Translations under genes and position numbers: made by a program
NCBI GenBank assembly: GCA_036834125.1
Contig: DAITOK010000001.1
Location: 57,314-121,313, forward strand
Length of the DNA stretch: 64,000 bases
Source: Chloroflexota bacterium
GTDB lineage: Bacteria > Chloroflexota > Dehalococcoidia > GIF9 > AB-539-J10
Direction: 5' to 3'
The notes under the pieces: model-generated
What the model was told of the DNA's origin: nothing
What the model saw: the letters and a program-made list of their open reading frames with translations, nothing else
Databases searched by the model: none
Part shown: one piece after another, positions 56,860-64,000 of the stretch
Numbering within the stretch: position 1 is the first letter of the stretch
How the letters are laid out: each line of letters starts with the position of its first letter

Positions 56860-57549
56860 ATGAAGAGATCGTTTACTGTGCATGACCTGCCTATCGGTGA
56901 GCGTCCCCGAGAGAGGTTGCTCAGGCTGGGCAGTGAGGCACTTTCCGCCCAGGAGCTTCTAGCTCTAATCCTGGGCCGGGGAGTTAAAGGTGAATCAATT
57001 ATGGTGACCAGCCAGAAGTTATTGAGCCGGTTTGGCAGTCTCAAAGGCATTGCTAATGCCTCCGTGGAGGAGTTGATGGAGGTAAGTGGCATTGGAGTAG
57101 CCAAGGCAGCGCAGATTAGGGCTGCCGCTGAGTTAGCTAGGAGACTGGAAAGCGATACTGGTGAAGAACCGAAACCGTCACTGAAGTCCCCGGGAGAAGT
57201 GGTTGCCTTTGTAAAGGGACAACTCAAAGGCAAGAAGAAAGAGCACTTTCTGGTGCTTTGCCTCGATACCAGAAACAGGCTGATAAACAGCAAACAGGTT
57301 TCTATGGGTAGCTTAGATACAAGCATCGTACATCCTCGTGAAGTGTTTAAGGAAGCAGTTTCCTGCTCCGCTGCCTCAGTAATCTTTGTGCACAACCATC
57401 CGTCAGGTGACCCTGAGCCATCCAAGGAGGATATTGAACTAACCAAGCGGCTGGCGAAGGCTGGTGAAATAATGGGCATTGAGGTGCTTGACCACATCGT
57501 TTTCTGCGACAAAAGCCACGTAAGCTTGAAAGCCAGGAATCTGTTTTAG
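56860..57549 (+). CDS. radC: RadC-like JAB domain protein (UPF0758)
   Basis: An N-terminal HhH region and the JAMM motif HNHPSGDPEPS. The ORF is open from TTG 56845; the ATG is at 56860. Confidence 0.75.
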   Translation: MKRSFTVHDLPIGERPRERLLRLGSEALSAQELLALILGRGVKGESIMVTSQKLLSRFGSLKGIANASVEELMEVSGIGVAKAAQIRAAAELARRLESDTGEEPKPSLKSPGEVVAFVKGQLKGKKKEHFLVLCLDTRNRLINSKQVSMGSLDTSIVHPREVFKEAVSCSAASVIFVHNHPSGDPEPSKEDIELTKRLAKAGEIMGIEVLDHIVFCDKSHVSLKARNLF

Positions 57550-57615
57550 TTCAAAATAACAGACGATAAACATGCGTCTGGAAGAGGTTAATGTGATATT
57601 GGCAAAGGAGGATTC

Positions 57616-58719
57616 ATGAACGCGGGTCAAAAAAGCCAGGTTTTCTTTTTCCCTTACGACAGGGGTAGAGCTTTCGTCAAGGGGTTGAGGTCTCTTTTTT
57701 CCAGAGTGAGCGATGTTATCTCCGAGGGAGATTCAGTGGCGGTGAAGGTTCATATGGGAGAATATGGGGGCAGTGCCTACTTGCGTCCGCCCATAGTCCG
57801 TCGGGTCTGTGACCTGATTAAGGAAGCTGGCGGCAAGCCGTTTGTCACTGATACGACTACTCTGTATCCGGTAGGAAGGTTCACAGCCAGGCAATATCTG
57901 AAGACAGCAGCCTCCAATGGCTTCACCAGACAATCAGTGGGGGCACCGATAGTTATCGCCGATGGGCAAGATGGCTATGATGGCGAATGGGTGGATATTC
58001 CCCGCCGAGTTTCCGGGTGCTCTTTGGATAGGGTGAAGATAGCTGACGGGATTTACAATACCGATTGTATGATAGTCCTGTCTCATATTAAGGGTCATCC
58101 GCTATCTGGCTTTGGTGGCTCTATCAAGAATGTAGCTATGGGCTGTGTGACCAAAGAGTCGAAAGCCGCTCAACACCGGGCGAATCGGGTTCTCATCGCT
58201 ACCGCAAAATGTACGGGCTGCGGACAGTGTGTTGAAGCCTGTCCTTTTAAAGCCTTGTCTCTAGTTGATGAGAAAGTTGTGCGTGATGATAGCAAATGCA
58301 TGGATTGCAGTAATTGTCTTTACTTGTGTAAGGAACGTGTCTATTCCCTGCCTTCCGATGCACAGGAGAAGTTCCAAGTGTACCTGGCTCACGCTGGCGC
58401 TGGCGTGCTCAGGCAATTTGGGTCTAAAGTGGCTTTTATCAATTTTATCCAGGATGTCACGCCACTATGTGACTGCGCCATACCGTCCGGTTTACCAGTG
58501 ATTCCAGATATTGGGATACTGGCGTCCACAGACATGGTAGCTGTTGACAAGGCATCGTGGGATTTGATTTCCCAAAGTCAGCCCATTGGAAAATTTGCCA
58601 ACATACGCTCTCCTGACATCTTGGGCGCGATAAATGGCACGGACAGCCTCATCCATATTAGAACTGCAGAGCAGCTTGGATTGGGCAGCATGGAGTATGA
58701 GCTGAAAGAGCAGAAATGA
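57616..58719 (+). CDS. DUF362 domain protein with an inserted 2x[4Fe-4S] ferredoxin domain
   Basis: CTGCGQCVEACP and CMDCSNCLYLC, with the DUF362-like flanks VAVKVHMGE and IKGH. A strong AAAGGAGG RBS precedes it. Confidence 0.6.
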   Translation: MNAGQKSQVFFFPYDRGRAFVKGLRSLFSRVSDVISEGDSVAVKVHMGEYGGSAYLRPPIVRRVCDLIKEAGGKPFVTDTTTLYPVGRFTARQYLKTAASNGFTRQSVGAPIVIADGQDGYDGEWVDIPRRVSGCSLDRVKIADGIYNTDCMIVLSHIKGHPLSGFGGSIKNVAMGCVTKESKAAQHRANRVLIATAKCTGCGQCVEACPFKALSLVDEKVVRDDSKCMDCSNCLYLCKERVYSLPSDAQEKFQVYLAHAGAGVLRQFGSKVAFINFIQDVTPLCDCAIPSGLPVIPDIGILASTDMVAVDKASWDLISQSQPIGKFANIRSPDILGAINGTDSLIHIRTAEQLGLGSMEYELKEQK

Positions 58720-58818
58720 AAATGCGAAACGCCAAGGTGAAATTCAAAGGCGAATCAAGGGTCGCCAGGGAGAAGCTATCTATTATTTCCCCACGCCGTA
58801 GGACATTATAGGAGTAAG

Positions 58819-59262
58819 ATGGAAGACATTGATCTGGCTCGCTCTCTTCTGGAAGAAGAGAAATGCAACTTGGTTATAGTGAAGAAAGGGGATATCCTTT
58901 TCAGCTCTAAAGAACGAGGGATAGCGTCCTTTATTCAGGCTATTCAGCGTTTGGGCAAAGGTTTACATAATGCTGCGATGGCTGACAGGATTGTGGGCTT
59001 AGCTGTAGCCATGCTTTGTATCCATGCTCGGATAGCCTCGGTATATGCCAACATAGGTAGTCAGGAAGCACTGGACTTGCTGAAAGGGCGAGGAGTAGCG
59101 GTTAGTAGCCAGCATGTGGTTCCTCATATTTTCAACTACGATGGCACTGACTTATGCCCTTTTGAAAAGATAGCGAAAAGTTCGGAAAACTCAGCTCAAT
59201 TATTTTCCACCTTGAAATCCATGTTCGGAGGTCTAGATGGTAATAGAGAGGCATTCACATAG
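58819..59262 (+). CDS. DUF1893 (TM1506-like) domain protein
   Basis: The 147-aa ORF shows the pattern LVIVKKGDILFSSKERGIASF...VGLAVAMLCIH; the assignment is from recalled family features. Confidence 0.45.
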   Translation: MEDIDLARSLLEEEKCNLVIVKKGDILFSSKERGIASFIQAIQRLGKGLHNAAMADRIVGLAVAMLCIHARIASVYANIGSQEALDLLKGRGVAVSSQHVVPHIFNYDGTDLCPFEKIAKSSENSAQLFSTLKSMFGGLDGNREAFT

Positions 59263-59905
59263 GAAATTCTGGGCTGCTATTGTTGTTTTGGCGATTCTTG
59301 CTATTACGTTTTCGGTTAGCGCAGCATATGCCGTGGCTGAACTCAAGGGAACACAAAATTCTCTATTGTCGGTACAAAGCGAACTAGAAGCGGCGCAAAC
59401 ACAACTGGCAAGCACAGGAGGAGAGCTGGAAACAACACGGAGCTATCTAGAGGATACACTTGCGGAGCTGAATGAGACGAAAGCTCAGCTTCTTAATTTG
59501 CAAGTTAATTACCAGAGGCTGACCAGAGGATACGGGTATGTATTAAGGGACCCCAGCTATGAAGAGATGAAGGATTTCTTGGCTCGGGACAGGACAAGTG
59601 AGCGGGAGTACCAAGAAGGCGTGTATGTATGTGTTGATTTTGCCCAGGATGTCAAAGCAAATGCTGCAAGAGAAAGGCTTCGCTGTGCTTATGTCGTTAT
59701 TGAGTATCGTGGGGGAACCGGGCATTCTATTATCGCCTTTGACACTACCGATAGGGGGCTTGTGTTTATCGAGCCGCAATTTGATTGGGAGGTTGAGCCG
59801 GAAGTTGGCAGGCGTTATTACCAGTGTGTGAATCCCCCGCCGGGCTATCATATGGTCCAACCTAGCTATGACGATACCATAAGACGAGTTATCGTTATTT
59901 GGTAG
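59237..59905 (+). CDS. Membrane-anchored coiled-coil protein with a C-terminal putative Cys-His-Asp (transglutaminase/papain-like) domain
   Basis: An N-terminal TM (FWAAIVVLAILAITF), a heptad coiled coil, and a C-terminus with YVCVDFA ... GHSIIAF ... DTTDRG. A GGAGG RBS is present; it overlaps the upstream gene by 26 nt. Confidence 0.45.
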   Translation: MVIERHSHRKFWAAIVVLAILAITFSVSAAYAVAELKGTQNSLLSVQSELEAAQTQLASTGGELETTRSYLEDTLAELNETKAQLLNLQVNYQRLTRGYGYVLRDPSYEEMKDFLARDRTSEREYQEGVYVCVDFAQDVKANAARERLRCAYVVIEYRGGTGHSIIAFDTTDRGLVFIEPQFDWEVEPEVGRRYYQCVNPPPGYHMVQPSYDDTIRRVIVIW

Positions 59906-60012
59906 AAAGGAATAAAAATTGTTTCGGGTGGAGTGAAGAATATATGGGGAAGATTAACGAAGTAAGCGGGCAAACTTTGCAGATATTTCCTAAGGAAGGG
60001 CGCGGAGAGTTT

Positions 60013-61608
60013 ATGAGGAAATCAAGGAGCATAATAAATCGGCGCATTGTATTCCTGTCCATTGTCCTTATCTCGTTTTTCTTCCCTTTTACTGTTTGTG
60101 TTCCTGAGCAAAGTGGCGAGAGTGTCCTGCGAGTGTGGGGTGCTAATCCTATAACGCTCGACCCAGCGGTTTCCGCCGATATGTCTTCGCATATTTACGT
60201 TATGCAGGTCTTCTCTGGCTTGGTTCGTCTTGACCCGGATCTGAACGTAGTTCCCGATGTTGCTGAAAGCTGGGAGAAAAGCCCTGATGGCAAAACGTAT
60301 ACCTTCCATTTGCGACAGGGTGTGAAGTTTTATAACGGGCGCGAGGTCAAAGCCAGCGATTTCAAATACTCGTGGGAACGGGCTTGTCACCCTGATACAG
60401 GCTCAGGCACAGCCGCCACCTACCTGGGCGACATTGTCGGTGTCAAGGATATGCTAGAAGGAAGAGCGCAGGAAATCAGCGGCGTGGAAGTTGTTGATGA
60501 CTACACTCTTCGAGTGACCATTGATGCCCCCAAGGCATATTTCTTGAGCAAGTTAGCCTATCCCACAGCCTTTGTGGTAGATAGGGCTAATATTGAATCA
60601 GGCAAAAACTGGTGGCGAAAGCCAAACGGGACAGGACCGTTCAAGTTGAAAGAATGGAAGCCTGGCGAAAGATTGGTGCTGGTGCGTAACGAAGCATACC
60701 ATGGTGGAGCCGCTAAATTGCGGGAAGTTGATTTTGTGCTCCTTCCTTATTCAACCATGGCTCTCTATGAACTGGGCTGGATTGATGTTGCTCCTGTTTC
60801 TATAGGTTACATTGACCAGGTTATGGATGAAACTAACCCACTTCATGAACAGCTAGTGGTGATGCCTGAGCTCAGCCTGTACTATATTGGCTTCAATGTT
60901 GCCGAACCTCCTTTCGATGATGCTAACATCCGCCGTGCCTTTTGCCTAGCTGTGAATAAGCGGCGTATCACCAGGGCGATATTGAGGGACATGTTGAGTG
61001 ATGCTTGTGGTATCTTGCCGCCAGGTATGCCGGGCCATAATGAGGCGCTCGAAGGACTGGAATACGATGTGAAGAAGGCAAGGGAGCTCATCGCCGCCTC
61101 GAAATACCGAGACGTCTCTAATCTGCCGCCCATTACCATAACCGTGGAAGGCTATGGCAACTACATTCCTGGTTATCTGGGCGCCATTATCCAGGAGTGG
61201 CAGCAAAACCTTGGTGTAAATGTCTCGGTGAGACAACTGGAAACCGAGGATTTTCTCTATAACCTGAAACGAGAGAAGGACCAAATGTTTCTGATGGGTT
61301 GGGTGGCTGATTACCCTGACCCTCATAATTTCTTGGATATTCTGCTCCACACGGGGAGCGAGGTCAACATCGGCGAGTATAGTAATCCGATTTTGGATGC
61401 TTTACTTGATCGGGCAGCGATAGAGCAAGATGCAACTACTCGGCTAGCCATGTACCAGCAGGCTGAACGACTGGCAGTTGACGATACGCCTTGCTTTCCT
61501 CTCTGGCATGGCATTAACTATGTGGTAGTGAAGCCGTATGTCAAAGATTACCGGCTAGGTCCTCTGGGTATCCCAGATCTGACCAAGGTATATATTTCAA
61601 AATCCTAA
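60013..61608 (+). CDS. ABC transporter substrate-binding protein, family 5 (peptide/nickel, OppA/DppA-like), orphan
   Basis: A signal peptide (MRKSRSIINRRIVFLSIVLISFFFPFTVC) and an SBP_bac_5-like body. No permease or ATPase genes are adjacent. Confidence 0.7.
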   Translation: MRKSRSIINRRIVFLSIVLISFFFPFTVCVPEQSGESVLRVWGANPITLDPAVSADMSSHIYVMQVFSGLVRLDPDLNVVPDVAESWEKSPDGKTYTFHLRQGVKFYNGREVKASDFKYSWERACHPDTGSGTAATYLGDIVGVKDMLEGRAQEISGVEVVDDYTLRVTIDAPKAYFLSKLAYPTAFVVDRANIESGKNWWRKPNGTGPFKLKEWKPGERLVLVRNEAYHGGAAKLREVDFVLLPYSTMALYELGWIDVAPVSIGYIDQVMDETNPLHEQLVVMPELSLYYIGFNVAEPPFDDANIRRAFCLAVNKRRITRAILRDMLSDACGILPPGMPGHNEALEGLEYDVKKARELIAASKYRDVSNLPPITITVEGYGNYIPGYLGAIIQEWQQNLGVNVSVRQLETEDFLYNLKREKDQMFLMGWVADYPDPHNFLDILLHTGSEVNIGEYSNPILDALLDRAAIEQDATTRLAMYQQAERLAVDDTPCFPLWHGINYVVVKPYVKDYRLGPLGIPDLTKVYISKS

Positions 61609-61799
61609 ATTTCAGCTATTGTGAATCCGAGAGGCAGCACTTAGCTGCCCACATCCGCCCAACCAGAAGCGCTCGAAACTGTGTATTGATAGCGGAATAT
61701 TCCTATTTTCGACTTGTCGCCAACACATGAGGGAAAGAGCTGCGAACATATGGCGCGTGGTCTAGAGTGATATAATGGTGAATGATGGAACGGGAGGCG

Positions 61800-62798
61800 A
61801 TGCTCTATGAGACACTTCCCGGTGGCAGGGTGAGGTGTCATGTTTGCCAGTGGCGGTGTCTGATCAACTCCGGCAAGGTTGGCGTTTGTCGTATGCGAAT
61901 CAATCGGGAGGGAAAGCTGTTCAGTTTGAATTATGGCGAAGTGTCCTCCATGGCGCCTGACCATATTGAGAAAAAGCCGCTGTTTCATTTCTTTCCAGCT
62001 ACTTATGCCTTCTCCTTAGGCACTTGGGGTTGCAATTTTCATTGCCGAGGGTGTCAGAATTGGGAGATTTCCTGCGTGGATATACCGCGCCGCGGTTCAC
62101 GCCAATTGCTCCCAGAGGAACAAGTAAAACTAACTGTAGAATACGATTGCCAGGGCATTGCCTGGACTTACAACGAGCCCACCATCTGGTTTGAGTACAC
62201 TCTGGATTCAGCGAAGCTGGCGAAGAAGAACAATCTATATACGGTGTACGTGACCAATGGCTATGCCACTCCCGAGGCTCTGGATGCCATAGGACCGTGG
62301 CTGGATGCCTGGAGGGTAGACATCAAAGGTTTCAGCGATGCTTTCTATAAGGAGATAGCCAAAATTTCTCACTGGCGAGGTATTCTGGATGTTGCCAGGC
62401 GAGCGAAAGAGAAATGGAACATGCACGTTGAAGTGGTCACCAACATCATTCCCACTCTGAATGATGACGACGAGCAACTTACAGGTATAGCTGCGTGGAT
62501 TCGCGATAACCTGGGAGAACTTACTCCCTGGCACGTCACGCGTTTTCATCCTCTGCACGAGTTTACGCATCTGTCAGTTACGCCGCTGTCTACCCTGGAG
62601 AAAGCTTACAGAATTGGGAAAAGAGCCGGGCTGAAATTTGTCTATCTGGGCAACGTGCCCGGGCATGAATATGAAAATACGGTCTGCTATTCGTGCGGCA
62701 AAAAGGTTGTCCGTCGCATTGGCTATGATACTCAAATAGTGGGTCTAGACGGTGCAAAGTGCAAATTCTGTGGAGCTGAGCTTAATTTTCGGGTCTGA
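61800..62798 (+). CDS. AmmeMemoRadiSam system radical SAM enzyme (PFL-activase-like)
   Basis: An N-terminal Cys-rich CHVCQWRC...GVCRMR region, a radical [14 protein letters not shown] motif, and a C-terminal CYSCGKKV...CKFCG. GGGAGG lies 4 nt before ATG 61800. Confidence 0.7.
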   Translation: MLYETLPGGRVRCHVCQWRCLINSGKVGVCRMRINREGKLFSLNYGEVSSMAPDHIEKKPLFHFFPATYAFSLGTWGCNFHCRGCQNWEISCVDIPRRGSRQLLPEEQVKLTVEYDCQGIAWTYNEPTIWFEYTLDSAKLAKKNNLYTVYVTNGYATPEALDAIGPWLDAWRVDIKGFSDAFYKEIAKISHWRGILDVARRAKEKWNMHVEVVTNIIPTLNDDDEQLTGIAAWIRDNLGELTPWHVTRFHPLHEFTHLSVTPLSTLEKAYRIGKRAGLKFVYLGNVPGHEYENTVCYSCGKKVVRRIGYDTQIVGLDGAKCKFCGAELNFRV

Positions 62799-62809
62799 GG
62801 AGGCGATTT

Positions 62810-63328
62810 ATGGCAGAAAAGAGGCTACATCCGGTAGTACAACTGGCTAAACAGACTGTGGAGAGCTACGTCCGCGAGGGCAAGATACCGAAGCCCAAAG
62901 AATTGACTCCGGAGATGAAGGAACGGGCAGGCGTGTTTGTCTCCATTCATAAGCACGGACAACTAAGGGGATGTATCGGCACCTTCGAGCCAGCCAGGGA
63001 GAATGTAGCTGAAGAAATCATCGCCAATGCTATCTGCTCGGCTACTCAGGATCCTCGTTTTCCCCCGGTGACTGCTTCTGAGCTCGATGATTTGGAATAT
63101 AATGTAGACATACTTACTAAACCTGAACCTGTTACAGATATCAGCCAGCTTGACCCTAAAAAGTATGGCGTCATCGTGGAGAGCGGCTGGAGAAGAGGAC
63201 TTTTATTACCTGACCTGGAGGGCGTGGACAGCGTGGAAGAGCAGATTGCAATTTGTCGGCTCAAAGCTGGCATATCCCCCAGCGAGCCCATCAAGCTCTA
63301 TCGCTTTCAGGTGCGGAGGTTTAAGTAA
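62810..63328 (+). CDS. AMMECR1 domain protein (AmmeMemoRadiSam system protein A)
   Basis: [19 protein letters not shown] is the AMMECR1 signature; it lies 11 nt after the radical SAM gene. Confidence 0.7.
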   Translation: MAEKRLHPVVQLAKQTVESYVREGKIPKPKELTPEMKERAGVFVSIHKHGQLRGCIGTFEPARENVAEEIIANAICSATQDPRFPPVTASELDDLEYNVDILTKPEPVTDISQLDPKKYGVIVESGWRRGLLLPDLEGVDSVEEQIAICRLKAGISPSEPIKLYRFQVRRFK

Positions 63329-64000
63329 TGGTTAGGCAGAAGACGATGCCGCTTTTCGACCTACCTGAGGAACAAGCTGTGCCTCAGGCTGCACCTCTAG
63401 CGGCGAGGATGCGACCGCGCATATTTGACGAGTTCGTGGGGCAAGAGCACTTAGTTGCTAGAGGACGGGTCTTTCGCAAATGTATTGAGGCTGACCAGTT
63501 GCCCTCCATGATTTTTTGGGGACCACCAGGCAGTGGCAAGACCACTCTGGCTTATCTTATCGCCAATGTTACCCAAGCCGAGTTCAGTCCTCTGAGCGCC
63601 GTGAGTGCTGGCGTGGCAGATTTGCGCCGCGTTGTCAGGGAGGCTAAGAAGAGGCTTAAATCCACAGGGCAAAGAACCATTCTCTTTGTTGACGAAGTGC
63701 ACCGCTTTAACAAAGCACAGCAGGATGCTGTCCTTCCCTTCGTCGAAGATGGCACAATCACCTTTATCGGAGCTACCACAGAAAATCCTTCCTTCGAAGT
63801 TATCTCGCCACTGCTTTCCCGCTGCCGTGTATTCCGCTTGAATTTACTCAGTGACGAAGAGGTCAGGCTTATTGTGGAAAGGGCTATTAGGGATCGGGAG
63901 AGAGGACTGGGGAAATTGCAGCTCAAGATAAGCGAGGAAGCTCTGCGTCACCTTGTGACCATGTCCAACGGGGATGCCCGGGTGACGTTGAACGCCCTGG
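63328..64000 (+). CDS. rarA: Replication-associated recombination protein A (AAA+ ATPase RarA/MgsA), 3' partial at the window end
   Basis: Walker A GPPGSGKTT, Walker B ILFVDEVHRF and sensor 1 GATTENP. The ORF runs off the window end and has no stop, so it is absent from the ORF track. Confidence 0.75.
   Translation, partial: MVRQKTMPLFDLPEEQAVPQAAPLAARMRPRIFDEFVGQEHLVARGRVFRKCIEADQLPSMIFWGPPGSGKTTLAYLIANVTQAEFSPLSAVSAGVADLRRVVREAKKRLKSTGQRTILFVDEVHRFNKAQQDAVLPFVEDGTITFIGATTENPSFEVISPLLSRCRVFRLNLLSDEEVRLIVERAIRDRERGLGKLQLKISEEALRHLVTMSNGDARVTLNAL

Noticed and set aside
56736-57512. 258-aa minus-strand ORF overlapping radC and the peptidase 3' end
   Set aside because: It is antisense to two well-supported genes; the Ser/Pro/Arg-rich translation lacks any motif.
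1-64000. CRISPR arrays, rRNA genes, IS elements, transposases or integrases
   Set aside because: No regularly spaced direct repeats, no rRNA-like conserved stretches, and no transposase/integrase-like ORFs were seen on either strand. The tRNA-adjacent HTH gene alone is insufficient to call a mobile element.

Overview
This 64 kb window reads as a bacterial chromosomal segment with dense, mostly intact, operon-organised genes. It carries sigma-70/DnaG/RuvABC/Ffh-type housekeeping genes and has mid-range GC. The gene content (Re-citrate-synthase-like HMGL enzyme, two-subunit pyruvate carboxylase, PEP synthase, ADP-forming acyl-CoA synthetase alpha subunits, acyl-CoA dehydrogenases) is compatible with an anaerobic Chloroflexota/Dehalococcoidia-like organism, but that is weak inference only.

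Recognisable content, start to end:
- a decayed accessory patch at 0.3-3.8 kb: a frameshifted GH-A-like lipoprotein gene, a DUF4177 gene, an Mrr_N-like gene translationally coupled to a Zn-ribbon gene that has a TAA at codon 3, and a doubly frameshifted ADP-ribosylglycohydrolase gene
- pycA/pycB, a winged-helix regulator, GNAT, a SemiSWEET, an RRM protein, a Zn-ribbon protein, a DRG-family TGS GTPase and an HdrD-like CCG/Fe-S protein
- tRNA-Lys(TTT) and tRNA-Gly(CCC), with an excisionase-type HTH gene and a homopurine/homopyrimidine tract beside tRNA-Lys
- an IPMS/homocitrate-synthase family enzyme (Re-citrate synthase candidate), mtnA and a livHMGF-livK transporter
- yebC-ruvC-ruvA, ppsA, dgt-dnaG-rpoD, ffh, HIT, MFS, pheA, trkH/trkA, recO
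- two divergent ACD-alpha paralogs and two acyl-CoA dehydrogenases
- rpsP plus a KH protein, then a complete archaeal-order A1AO ATPase operon (H-I-K-E-C-F-A-B-D plus one appended ORF) whose 16-kDa K proteolipid carries an NtpK-like Na+ site
- nfi, prfB with its programmed +1 frameshift, a membrane gluzincin-like peptidase translationally coupled to prfB, radC, a DUF362-DUF1893 cluster with a membrane coiled-coil C/H/D protein, an orphan peptide-type SBP, and a partial AmmeMemoRadiSam system (radical SAM + AMMECR1) followed by rarA (3' partial)

I found no CRISPR array, rRNA, transposase or integrase. Everything was read by eye from the sequence; family assignments are from recalled motifs and need confirmation by HMM or BLAST.
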